Source: Eledone cirrhosa
Taxonomy: Eukaryota
Direction: 5' to 3'
Assembly: GCA_964016885.1 (NCBI GenBank)
Contig: OZ024748.1
Coordinates: 43,896,001 to 43,960,000, forward strand
Length of the DNA stretch: 64,000 bases
Below are positions 1 to 55,620 of the stretch, piece by piece; the first letter of the stretch is position 1; each line of letters opens with the position of its first letter. Under the pieces are notes generated by a model that was not told the DNA's origin, did no database searches, and saw only the letters and a program-made list of their open reading frames with translations. The position numbers were made by a program, and so were the translations under genes.

Positions 1-56
1 ATACAGTGGATATATAGTGTATATACAGTGTACATATAGTGTATATATATATATAT

Positions 57-243
57 GATTGTTTCTACTTTTGGCACAAGGCCAGCAATTAACCAGTACA
101 TTACTGGTACTTTATTTTATCGACCCCGTAAGGATGAAAGGTAAAGTTAACCTCGGTGGGATTTGAACTCAGAATGGCAAGGTCCGTAACTCTATGCGTC
201 AAAGCATGGCGTCCGACCCTCTACTGACACTGCCAATCCACCA
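57..243 (-). mobile_element. tRNA-derived SINE with Nin-type core
   Basis: Reverse complement contains a B box (gagttcaaatcc) and core aactttacctttcatccttacggggtcgataaaataaagtaccag; homologous to 1334-1606, 4064-4168, 14470-14657. Confidence 0.75.
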
Positions 244-289
244 TACAATGTATATAGTGTATATAGTGTATATATAGTGTATATACAAA

Positions 290-1018
290 AGGCTTTTCCC
301 TCAAAATGAAAGGCAGACTATATGATGCGTGTATACGAACAGCAATGTTACATGGTAGTGAGACCTGGCGCTGACTGTGGAAGTCTTGCGTAGATTAGAA
401 AGAAACGAAGCCTGCTTACTCTGTGTAATAGTAATATACGCGAACGGCAAAGCATAAATGAAGTGAGAGAGAGACTGAGCATAGGAGGAATCAAATGCTG
501 TGTGCAGGAGAGGCGGTTGCGTTGGTATGGACATGTGATGCGTATGAAGGATGACACCTGCATAAAAAGGTGCAGAGCAGCAGAAGTCGATGGAAACCGC
601 GGAGTGGGGAGACCCAAGAAGACCTGGGATGAGGTGATAAAAGCCGACCTTACCCAATTACACCTCTCAAAGGCGATGACACACAACCGTGGCCTCTGGC
701 GTCACGCAGTAATACAGAAGACCCGACCCCCCACGGGTACAAGCCGAAGCTGAAGCATATAGACAATATGCCCCCACACCCTCCCACTGCAAAAAAAGCA
801 CCCAGCCCACACTGTAAAGTGGATGTGGAGGTGCCACAGAAAAAAAAAGCACCCAGCACTCACTGTAAATGAGGTTGACGTTAGGAAGGACATCAAGCCA
901 GAATCAGTTCCTGTATGAGCAAGACAAGGTCAGCCGACCGGACACTGCCTACAACAGGACAACCCGTCTAACCCATACTAGCGTGGAAGAACGGACGTAA
1001 AATGGTGATCATGATGAT
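290..1018 (+). mobile_element. 5'-truncated RTE LINE 3' end with UTR and (ATG)n-like tail
   Basis: LHGSETW, RRLRWYGHVMRM, GRPKKTW motifs with frameshifts; homologous to 48300-49110. Confidence 0.85.
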
Positions 1019-1101
1019 ATACAGTGTGTATATAGTGCATATAACCCCCCCCCCCCCCCTTTTTTTTTTAAAGACATGAAAATAAAAAATATGAAAAACA
1101 T

Positions 1102-1134
1102 TTTATTAAAATATAAAAATTAAAAATATTTATT
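1102..1134 (-). promoter_or_regulatory. Two candidate AATAAA polyadenylation signals of SMC5
   Basis: tttatt on + strand at 1102-1107 and 1129-1134, 30-60 nt downstream of the stop codon. Confidence 0.55.
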
Positions 1135-1161
1135 ACAAGTGAAAATGTTATTTAAAATGAT

Positions 1162-41308
<40,147 letters not shown>

Positions 41309-41388
41309 CTAGGATTAACAAAAAACTCATTATTTCATAAGAGTAACATAGCATATATATATATATATATATTGTTATACTTGGGGAG

Positions 41389-41905
41389 GGTCATATTGTT
41401 GTAATAATATTACCAGAAATAATAACAGAACACACTCACTGTTTGGTTGGTTTTTGCTTCTGTATCTTTTATATCTCCACAGTTAGTTCATTTGGTCCTC
41501 AATGTTTTTCATTGACTGACCAACGGTCAAAAATACAGATATAAACACATATATATAGTCTAACAAAGTTCTTTCGTTGCACATCTGCAACATCATCAGT
41601 GGTACTATTATGTTCCTCCTGTTGTATTGTATGTCTACTAATGGCGTAGACATACAATACAACAGAAGCACATAATAGTACCACTGATGATGTTGCAGAT
41701 GTGCAACGAAAGAACTTTGTTAGACTATATATATGTGTTTATATCTATATTATATCTGTATTTTTGACCGTTGGTCAGTGAATGGTAAACATTGAGGACC
41801 AAATGAATTAACTGTGGAGATATAAAAGATACAGAAGCGAAAACCAACCAAACAGTGAGTGTGTTCTGTTATTATTTCTGGCAATATTATTACAAAAATA
41901 TGACC
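41389..41905. repeat. ~250-bp-arm inverted repeat (inverted Penelope pLTRs), each arm with a hammerhead-like motif
   Basis: Left arm 41389-41638, 7-nt spacer taatggc, right arm 41646-41905; motifs at 41561-41604(-) and 41679-41722(+). Confidence 0.88.
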
Positions 41906-42310
41906 GTTATATCCAGTAAGTTCTTTGTTAACTTCGGTGGGAAGAATCTCTAAAATTCTTCCTACCAAAGTTAACAAAGAACTTACTGGATCTACCAACT
42001 CATAATATTATAATATTATAAAATTAAATAAAAAATGTTTTAACACTACAAGTGAAGTTATTCTTTTCCTTTTTTTCAAATATATATATATGTATGTATA
42101 TATATATGTATATATATATATATATGTATATATATATACATATATATATATATATTAGGTTATGCAAGAAATGCTTAGGATTATCCTGAGTAATGGTTAA
42201 TTACTACACTAGATAGAGTCGACGTACGGTGAGGGGTTACTCAACGAGTTACAAAAGAACAGTTAAAGAAACTTGGTTTCCGATTCTCCTATATTCCGGA
42301 GTGTAGATAA

Positions 42311-44002
42311 AGAATGATTAATAAAACAGGTAGACATCATAAAAAGGTAATTTATTCCAAGTGTTTACAAATGTTTCTATAATAACGCACTGGGGAATGC
42401 TGACCACCGGGATAAAATAGAATACATCACCAGCGCACACATAGCAACACACATAATTGAAGAATATGTAACCGGGGCACAGGCATACAAACACACACAC
42501 GCAGTACCACCAGACATACTAATAATAGAAAATTATCACCAAACTCAAATAGATTACGTTGTAGGAAGTATGTCTGGTATAACCCATTTTTAATGCTTCG
42601 ATTAGTACAAAACTATCTCCTTTATTCTTTAAGTTAATTAACAGGCATTTCCCTAATTCCCATAAATACAGTAACATTCTAAACTCTAAAACTGTTAAGC
42701 TATCATACTCCACTGCACCAAACCTAGAAGTACACATAAAAAACTTAACTTAAAGCGATTATTAAACAATACTACAAAACAAAATATTTTAGACACAGAT
42801 GGGCATAACGTAATATCAACTTCCCAACCACCAAATGGGAGACAAGTATTACACAACCCACCTGTACTGTTATCCCAACCTATCCATCGTACAGTTGTTA
42901 CCCATAACAAAAACTGTAATTGCCACCTACCCGAGAGATGCCCATTGAAGAATAAATACCTGGAGTCCAACATTGTTTATCAATGCAATGTCGAATCAAA
43001 CGACCAGAAATGGTATTACGTCGGATCTACCACTACCTCCTTTAAATCACGCTGGTATCGTCATCGATTTTCGATTAAACATCCTGAACACCGTTATGTA
43101 ACTACACTCGCTAATAAGACCTGACAACTCCGTGAATACAACCGGCAGTTCACCCTAAAATGGGATAAATTATCCAGCGCTAGTGCATATCGGAGTGGAT
43201 TAAAATACTGCAGATTATGCAACCTTGAACTTTTTTATATCTTGAAATCTAAAGACAATTTACTAAATGACAGAATCGAACGATCGTTATACTGCAACCA
43301 CAAACTGAGGCTAAATGTTCTCACTATAAAAGTAACTTAACATATTTTGAACCCGAGACTACACCACTTTCTCGCTAACTAATTTCACTCAATACTTACT
43401 TATCGTAATAAATGGATACTTAAGTAAGATCAGCAAACTACAACTATCAACTCGGTGTATATCGCCTTTCCTTCCTCCTTCTCTTAACTTTTTTCTGTCC
43501 CCACTCTCTTTCTTTCTCCCTCTCTCTCTCTCTGTCTATCTCCCTCCTTCTCTACATTTATTAACCTGCTCTCTGTGGCAATAAATAATTCCAAACTTGA
43601 CAACATCAACACAATGCCTAAGTTGTCACTTTGAGAGTAAGCAGTATAATAAAACCACTTGTTGGATTACTATCACATTTAGATTAAGCTATCTGTATTC
43701 TTCAAACCACTCTCTCCCATTTCTCCTACCCCTACATATCTATCTCTCTCTCTCCCTTTCTTTCTCTCTTCCTTTTCTACTCTATCTTCCCCAATTACTC
43801 CCTTTAAGAAATACAAAGAAACCATAATCCAGCCATTCGTTCTGAAGAATTGGTTGTACGAACAGCATTTGAAAATTGAGTATCTGCAAATAAATAACTA
43901 CCAATTTGCATATAGCATGACTAGGATGTGTAACTACTAAAGAAATATTTGTAAACACTTGGAATAAATTACCTTTTTATGATGTCTACCTGTTTTATTA
44001 AT

Positions 44003-44008
<6 letters not shown>
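42311..44008 (+). mobile_element. 5'-truncated, decayed Penelope-like element (Naiad type) with C-terminal GIY-YIG endonuclease
   Basis: Hand translation gives RKYVWYNP..., LINRHFPNSHKYSNILNSKTVKLSYS, CNCHLPERCPL, NIVY..YYVGSTTTSFKSRWYRH, CRLCNLE, LLNDRIE...CNH (ends 43340); terminal inverted segment 42311-42378 vs 43941-44008. Confidence 0.85.
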
Positions 44009-44059
<51 letters not shown>

Positions 44060-44060
<1 letters not shown>

Positions 44061-44389
44061 TAGCTGGCCCGTCCGGCTGGTACCCAGCTAGGTATGCTTG
44101 CCCACACCACTCCACTGGAAAGATACCACACACCCTCTCGTGTCACATTGTCCTTCCGACTCTCTCTCTCTCTCTCTCTGAATAACTAACACTTTAATTG
44201 TATCTCTCTCTTTCCCCTCCCTCTGTTTTTCTGTCTCTCTCTGTAGATGTGTGTGTGTAGTTTTCCTAATCTCTTTCTCTCTCTCTCTCTGTATATATTG
44301 AAGGGAGGTTCGGAAACTAAAACAGTGTTGTCATATAGAGAGTGAAGAGCGTTAGAGTAAAGCAGTTAAATTATAGAGAGGGGGAATGA
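44060..44389 (-). mobile_element. Probable short non-autonomous Helitron
   Basis: CTAG end in an (AT)n tract with adjacent GC hairpin; TC start on minus strand. Confidence 0.45.
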
Positions 44390-44416
44390 TCTTACATACC
44401 TACATATATACATACA

Positions 44417-44448
<32 letters not shown>

Positions 44449-44469
44449 AAGTATAGATATATGTATATA

Positions 44470-44501
<32 letters not shown>

Positions 44502-44744
44502 CATATATATATATACATATAAATGTAAGTATGTATGTATGTATACGTACATACATATATGTATAGACGTACAGTAGTATGTATATATATACATACATGC
44601 ACACATATATATATGCACGTATCGGTTTACCGAACATTTATTATAATGCTCGGTTTGTTTGTTTGTAAACAAACAAACAGCCTGAATTACGCTGTACAGT
44701 GTTTAGGCAACCACGTCACCTTTTTGTTCAACACTGACACAGGA

Positions 44745-44787
44745 ACGATGTACTAGTTTCAAGCTTATTAGCCATCGTCAGCATCGT
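44745..44787 (-). ncRNA. Minimal type-I hammerhead motif, family B (intact core)
   Basis: ACGAUG-CUGACGA-UGGCUAAUAAGCUU-GAAA-CUAG-UA-CAUCGU; perfect 6-bp stem I. Confidence 0.75.
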
Positions 44788-45122
44788 ATACCTTCCTGCC
44801 AGATGGTTGAACGTCTGAAAGTATATACTTTCCTTATGTATATTAACGGCTGAGCAGCCTAATTTGCATACCGAGTAAGTTCAGTTGGCCGGGCACCCCG
44901 AAAACAATAAATGGAATAGAATGAAACGAAATTTCATTTCTCACTCTTAGTACGGCACTTACTTAAATGTAAGTATGTATGTATGTATGTACATACATAT
45001 ATGTATACAGACGTACAGTAGTATGTATATATATACATACATGCACACATATATATATGTGCACACATATATATATGAGTGAGAAATGAAATTTTGTTTC
45101 ATTCTATTCCATTTATCATATA

Positions 45123-45174
<52 letters not shown>

Positions 45175-45234
45175 CATATATATATATACATATATATATA
45201 TATACATATATATATATACATATATATATCTAGG

Positions 45235-45800
45235 GCGGGTAAAATTCCCGAGATCCATGGACGAGTTCTCTCCAGCGGTCTCTGTCCCACATTATCGCTG
45301 CCATGTCTTGCGTCTCCAACAGACCTTAGTCCTTAGGGCATCAACATACGTTAACCTTGATCTTCCTCTTCCAGTGTGTCCATGTAGGGTCTCCCACAGG
45401 AGCACTGAGTGCAATGTCAACACTGGATGTCGGTGAGCATGTCCAGCTAACCTCAGTCTCCTCTGTGTCACTTTTGAGCTGACTTTTGGGAGGCTCCCAT
45501 ACAGCTCTGAGTTTTTCATCCTCAGTGTATACTGATTAATGTTCAGAGCCATCCTCAGCATTCTCGTGTAGCACCCATTCACCATCTGAGTGAGTTTCTT
45601 GGTCAGTGTCCAAGTCTCTGACCCGTACAGCAGCACAGACTCCACTACAGCAATGAAGAGGCGGATTTTCAGGTCTTTACGAAGGTCAGACTTCCACACC
45701 GATCTCAAGCTGTGGCACGCCGCCGAGGCTTTGCTCTTCCTCTCAACCACATCATCTTCCGTATTCTCAATCTTTGCTCCCAAATACTGAAAGCCCTCAA
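45235..45800 (-). mobile_element. RTE LINE 3' fragment (third family)
   Basis: FQYLG...KIRLFIAVVESVLLYGSETWTLT...RMLR...RRLRLAGH. Confidence 0.88.
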
Positions 45801-45819
45801 CCCCCCCAAAAAATATATA

Positions 45820-45938
45820 TAGGAAAAGGTTCAGGACCACGACGGCAGAGCTCAAGCCGTTTCGATGGCTATTTCTGGACTGAAAATAGCCGTCAAAAAG
45901 GCTCGAGCTCTGCCGTCGGGGTCCTGGACCTTTTCCTA
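45820..45938. repeat. 119-bp palindromic hairpin element
   Basis: taggaaaaggttcaggacc...ggtcctggaccttttccta; relatives at 26325-26405 and 26909-27014. Confidence 0.8.
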
Positions 45939-46019
45939 TTACCCACTCTACTACTCATAGTATCGAGTACTCTGGTGCGTTATGGTCCACCTGGTTCCTT
46001 ACCACACTTCCTTTGTTAT

Positions 46020-49000
46020 ATATATACACCCCAATCCGGACTGCCTGGCGTTATAAAAGACAGATTCTATGAGTCACTAATGCTCACTACCTCCCAAATA
46101 ACCGACAGTGACTACATAATTATTGCTGGCGACCTAAATGGTCACGTTGGACAACATTGTGACGGCTATAATGGAATCCATGGAGGATATGGGTTTGGTA
46201 CTAGAAATGAGGAAGGCTCCTGGAGCCTTCCTCATTTCCTGGAATTCTGTGACGCAAATAACCTAACTATCAGTCACACTAACTTCAAAAAACGAGACAA
46301 TCACTTGATCACCTATAGATCAGGGGAACACGCCAGTCAGATAGATTATATCCTTACCAGAAGACGTGACAGAGTCTGTTGTAAACACTAAATCCCTCCT
46401 CCATGAAGAATGCACCTCCCAACATAGACTCATAATTAGCGACCTCATAGTCAGGACAAGACGTACTCGACAACAGAGGAGGATTATCCTCAGGAGAAAA
46501 ATATGGAAGCTAAAGGACCCCACAGCCAGTAATAAATTTAAAAGCATATTACTTGATGTTTTTGATAGTAAGGAAGAGCAATTAGAGTCGTACAATATAG
46601 AGGAACAGTGGGAATTCCTGAAAGCTAACCTGCTGATGGCGGCAGACGAAGTCTGCGGCTGGAGCAGGCCTGTAGGCAGGAGGAGAGTAACATGGTGGTG
46701 GAACAGTAAGGTGGAGGAGTCAATTAAGGCCAAAAAGCAGGCTTGGAAAGTATGGCGGTATGGGGGAAGTAGAGAAGACTATCAAGTGGCCAGGAGGGAA
46801 GCTAGGAGACAAGTGTACTTCGCAAGAAGGGAAGCAGAGGAAAGAAAGTTCAAGCATGTTCTACAACGCGAGGACCAAAAACGTGACGTGTTCAGGATTG
46901 CTAGGCAATGTGTCAAGGAAAACAGTGATATTGTCGGGGAGAAGTGTGTCCTAAATGATGATGGTGTACTTGCCATCACTGACGCTGATAAGAAGGTAGC
47001 TTGGAAGTGTCACTACGAAAGGCTACTAAATGAGGAGAATAAATGGGAGAAAGACAGTCTCCCCCACATCGATCCAATAGAAGGACGAGCAGTGCAAGTT
47101 GAAGGTAGTATAATAAGTAAGGCAATCAAAGATATGAAGACGGGCAAGGCGGCTGGGCCTTCGGAAATAGTTGCTGAAATGCTGAAAGCATCTGGAACGG
47201 TGGGACACACTATGGTCTCCCAGATAGTAAACCAAGTCATACAGAATGGGGTCGTACCGAAGGACTGGCGTAGCAGCATCATCATTAACTGCTACAAGGG
47301 TAAAGGAGATGCCCTAGATAGGGGAAACTATAGAGGCATTAAATTAATTGACCAGGTCATGAAGGTCACAGAAAAAGTAATAGCGCAACTAATCGGAGAG
47401 CGAATTGATCTGGATGAAATGCAGTTCGGGTTTGTGTCAGGTATAAGTGCTACAGACGCTCTTTTCATTGTACGACAACTACAGGAGAAGTACCTAGCTA
47501 AAAGTAAAACCCTATACTTAGATTTTGTCGACTTAGAGAAAGCCTTTGACAGAGTCCCACGCCCCATTATCTGGTGGGCTCTCAGAAAACTAGGTGTTGA
47601 TAAATGGCTTGTGAGAGCTATACAAGCCATGTATAAAGAAACAGTCAGCAACGTTAGAATTAACAACGAATATAGTGAAGAGTTTAGCGTAAAAGTTGGT
47701 GTTCATCAGGGCTCTGTCCTTAGCCCCCTCCTATTTATTATTGCCCTTCAGGCTATAACAGAGGAGTTCAAGACAGGCTGCCCATGGGAACTCCTATACA
47801 CTGATCATCTAACGCTTATAGCTGAATCAATGGCTGAACTAGAGAAGAAATTTCAAACATGGAAGCATGGCCTAGAATCAAAAGGCCTTAAAATTAACCC
47901 ATCTAAGACTAAAGTTCTACTATGTAGGAAGGAAAATAGGGCACTGGTCCCAACTGGGAAATGGCCATGCTCAGTGTGTAGGAAAGGAGTAGGCAGAAAC
48001 TCCATTTTATGTCACAAATGCAAAGTATGGGTACATAAAAGATGTAGTGGGATCACGGGTAAGCTAACTAAGAATATAGATTTTATATGTGGCCGGTGCT
48101 CAGGTGCAATAAGTAGCAGCAAGTGCCCACAGAATACTAGCTCATTCCATTGCACAGATGGTTCTATAGAAATAGTGGACACCTTCCGTTACCTGGGTGA
48201 CAAAATCAGCAGTGGTGGAGGGTGCTCTGAAAGTAGAGTAGCTAGAGTCAGAACGGGATGGAAAAAGTTCAGAGAGCTTATACCACTATTGGCCGCTAAA
48301 GGGTTCTCTCTAAAAATGAAAGGCAGGCTGTATGATGCCTGCATACGAACAGCAATGTTACATGACAGTGAGACTTGCGCATTGTGTGCAGAGGATCTAT
48401 GCAGACTGGAGAGGAACGAAGTTTGCATGTCCGTTGGATGTGTAATAGTAATATACGTGAACGGCAAAGCATAAATAAACTAAGTGAGAAATTAGGAATA
48501 AGAGGGATCAGATGCTGTTTACTCGAGAGAAGACTACGTTGGTACGGTCACGTGATGTGCATGAAAGACGACAGCTGTATAAAAAAGTGCAGGGCGATCA
48601 AAATAGACTTGATAAATTCCGACCTCACGCACTTACACCTCTCCAAGACAATGTCACTGGACCAAGATCTTTGGTGATACGCAGTCATACAGAAGACCCG
48701 CCTTGCCTATGTACAAAGCGAAACCTACAGTCAGTAGGCACCTCTTACCAAAATACACCTCCATCCCACTACCGCCACCCCATCCATACCACCCCTTTCG
48801 ATGTAAAGTTATGTTGGTACCACAACATCCAGTCCTAAATAAATGTAAATGAGGTCATGTAGGTGTCACGACAAAAAAAACACACAGTCCACGCTGTAAT
48901 GTGGCCGTGTAGGTAACACGGTAAAAACCTCCCAGTCCACACTGTAAATGTGGTTGGTGTTAGGAAGGGCATCCAGCCGTAGAAAACCCGCCAGACAGTC

Positions 49001-49111
49001 CTATACGAGCAAGACAACCAATCTTGCCTCAAGTGGGAAAATTCCCGTCCAAACCCATGCTAGCGTGGAAGATGGATGTTAAACAATGATGATGATGATG
49101 ATGATGATGAT
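46020..49111 (+). mobile_element. RTE-clade LINE, 5'-truncated and inactivated (APE remnant, RT, PHD-like finger, long 3' UTR, (GAT)n tail)
   Basis: APE motifs AGDLNGHVG and SQIDYIL; RT motifs NYRGIKL, QFGF, FVDLEKAFDRV, GVHQGSVLSPLLF; catalytic YADD reads YTDH; frameshifts near 46370 and 48430. Confidence 0.93.
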
Positions 49112-49134
49112 ACACACACACACACATATATATC

Positions 49135-49474
49135 ATTCATTGACCCTCTCCGGTCACTAATGACCATGTGATTTGCACCTAGAAAGATTCCCTCCAATGT
49201 ACAAGTCTGGACAAGGTTGTTTCTGGAAGACCAGTAGTCACCCATGTATATCAGCCTCTCCTCTCCACACCACCGATGTTGTCCATTAGAAAGGCACTGA
49301 CCGATACAGCTTGGCACCAGTGACATCGCAACTCATTTCTACAGCCGAGTAAACTGGAGCAACATGAAATAAAGTGTCTTGCTCAAGGTCACAACACATC
49401 ATCCAGTCCGAAAATCGAACTCACAACCTCTCAATTGCAGGCCCTATGGTCTAACCACTAAGCCATTCGCCTTC
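49135..49474 (-). mobile_element. Meta-core SINE with a third tail type
   Basis: Same head and core; tail homologous to 38640-38932(-). Confidence 0.75.
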
Positions 49475-49644
49475 ACATGTACACACACATATATATATAC
49501 AGACACACACGATATATATATATATATATATATATTGTATAGAAACATATGTTAAAGAACAAACTCTAAATAAATCTTCCTCTTCTAACCTTTATTTCTT
49601 GCTGAGTCATTTGTTTATCCTGGTACTATACCCTATATCTTATT

Positions 49645-53215
<3,571 letters not shown>

Positions 53216-53864
53216 TACAAAGTAAAAACCTACTACAGTCAGTAGGCATCTCTATCAAAACACCCTCCCGTCCCACCACCTCCACCCCATCCACACCGCC
53301 CCTTTCAATGTACAGTTATGTTGGTCCCACAACATCCAGGCCGAAACAAATGAGATCGTGTAGGTGTCACGACAAAAAAACACAACAGTCCACGCTGTAA
53401 ATGTGGCCGTGTAGGCAACACGGTAAAAACCTCCCAGCCCCACACTGTAAATGTGGTTGGTGTTAGGAAGGGCATCCAGCTGTAGAAAACCCGCCAGACA
53501 GTCCACGCTGTAATGTGGCCGTGTAGGCAACACGGTAAAAACCTCCCAGCCCCACACTGTAAATGTGGTTGGTGTTAGGAAGGGCATCCAGCTGTAGAAA
53601 ACCCGCCAGACAGTCCACGCTGTAATGTGGCCGTGTAGGCAACACGGTAAAAACCTCCCAGCCCCACACTGTAAATGTGGTTGGTGTTAGGAAGGGCATC
53701 CAACTGTAGAAAACCCGCCAGACAGTCCTATGTGAGCAAGACAACCACTCTTGCCTCAAGTGGGAAAACCCCCGTCCAAACCCATGCAAGCGTGGAACAA
53801 GGACGCTAAACCTGATGATGATGATGATATACATATATATATACATATATACATATATATATAC

Positions 53865-53983
<119 letters not shown>

Positions 53984-54033
53984 CATATATATATACATAT
54001 ATACATATACATATATACATATATATATATATA

Positions 54034-55189
54034 CAGCTGCTGCAGTGGATCAAGAGCTTCCTGTCAAACAGAACCCAACATGTTGTAGTTGAAGGAGTCA
54101 AATCCAGCCCAGCCAAAGTCAGTAGTGGGGTCCCACAAGGCACTGTGTTGGGCCCACTTCTCTTCATCATCTATATTAATGACATCACTGACATCATCAA
54201 ACACAGCAACATTAAAATTTTCGTTGATGATTCCAAGCTCCAAAAGGTCATCAATGGCGTGGATGACCGGATAAGCCTTCAGTCAGACCTACTGGCTGTT
54301 ACCCAATGGGCGGAAAAGAACAACATGTTACTGAACGAAGACAAATTCGAACTGATCCACTTTGGAAAAGAGGATGCTCTGAAACTCCCGTACTCCCTTC
54401 CCTCCGGGGAAACTCTTGTGGCATCTAACAACATCAGAGACTTGGGAGTAACCGTGGACAGCAACATAAGCTGGACCACGCATATAAGCAGCAAAGTTGA
54501 CATGGCCCGCAGAATGTGTTCCTGGATCCTCAGAACCTTCCAGTCGAGAGATTCCCACACCATTATCCTTCTCTTCTCTACTTTTGCCCGACCACACCTT
54601 GAATACTGTTGTCCACTGTGGTCTCCCCACACGAAACAAAGTATCATGAAACTTGAAGCTCCTCAAAGGGCAATCACGAAAAAGATAGATGGCATGTCAG
54701 ACCTTGACTACTGGGGTCGACTAGAAAAGCTGAAACTTTACTCACTCCAACGTCGCCGTGAGCGTTATATTATCTGCATGATGTGGAAAATGTTCCATCA
54801 TCACTGCCCAAATGATGTTGGCATCGCCTTCAAGATACACCCAAGGCTTGGGCCCCGTGCTATCCGTCCCATACAAAAATCTAAACCGCAACTCATAACA
54901 ACAATACGGCACAATTATTTCACCTCAATCGGCCCTGCTCTCTTCAACCAGGACACGTCAAAACAGAAACTGAGCACACAAAATTCAAGAAGTCTTTGGA
55001 CAAATTCCACCAAGTAATCCCGGACAAACCACCCACACCCGGATATGTCTCCGCAAACAGTAATTCTCTTCTCGAATGGGCCATGGTGCCCAAATCCTGA
55101 ATTGAAAGACTTCGCCAGGTGGTGCTATTAAGTTAGACATGGCCTGGGCCAATACTGGCCAAAACATTTCAAAGTTATTCAAAGTTATT
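54034..55189 (+). mobile_element. 5'-truncated CR1-clade LINE
   Basis: [63 protein letters not shown]; short tandem tail ttcaaagtta; flanked by (TA)n. Confidence 0.9.
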
Positions 55190-55250
55190 ATACATATATA
55201 TATATACACATATATATAAACATATATATATATACATTAAAAATATACAT

Positions 55251-55305
<55 letters not shown>

Positions 55306-55319
55306 TATATTTATATATA

Positions 55320-55620
55320 TATCGTTTCTGAATTTGTTTAGCAAGATTCTTTATCTGAAAACGTGTGTTGAAACCGATATTGTTATACTTTGGGAGGGTC
55401 ATGTTGCCAATAAGAAACACACGCACCAGTTGCTTTCACTTCAATTTATTATAATAAATTTATAAATTTAGGAATTTATAAATATTGCGGTTGGTTGGTT
55501 CCACGACCAGATGGTTGTTTATATATTGTCAAAGTTCTTTCGTCACACATTCTGTGACCTCTTCAGTGACTAGGGATTCTTTTCTTTGTTTTTGTGCCTC
55601 TCCTTTGTTCTGTCCTACGC
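55320..55620 (-). mobile_element. Penelope pLTR-like fragment plus putative ORF start (MTLPKYNNI), with hammerhead-like motif at 55528-55570
   Basis: Shares attgttatactt.gggagggtcat with 41371-41395; GUCA-CUGAAGA-G-GUCACA..UGUGAC-GAAA-GAACUU-UGAC. Confidence 0.65.

Noticed and set aside
43122-43124. In-frame TGA in the Naiad-type GIY-YIG ORF as possible selenocysteine
   Set aside because: It falls in TTLANKT*QL, where these proteins usually have Trp (TGG to TGA), not at a Cys ligand; the copy has other inactivating changes
46366-48474. Active RTE reverse transcriptase or host gene
   Set aside because: YADD is mutated to YTDH, frameshifts at both ends, 5' truncated
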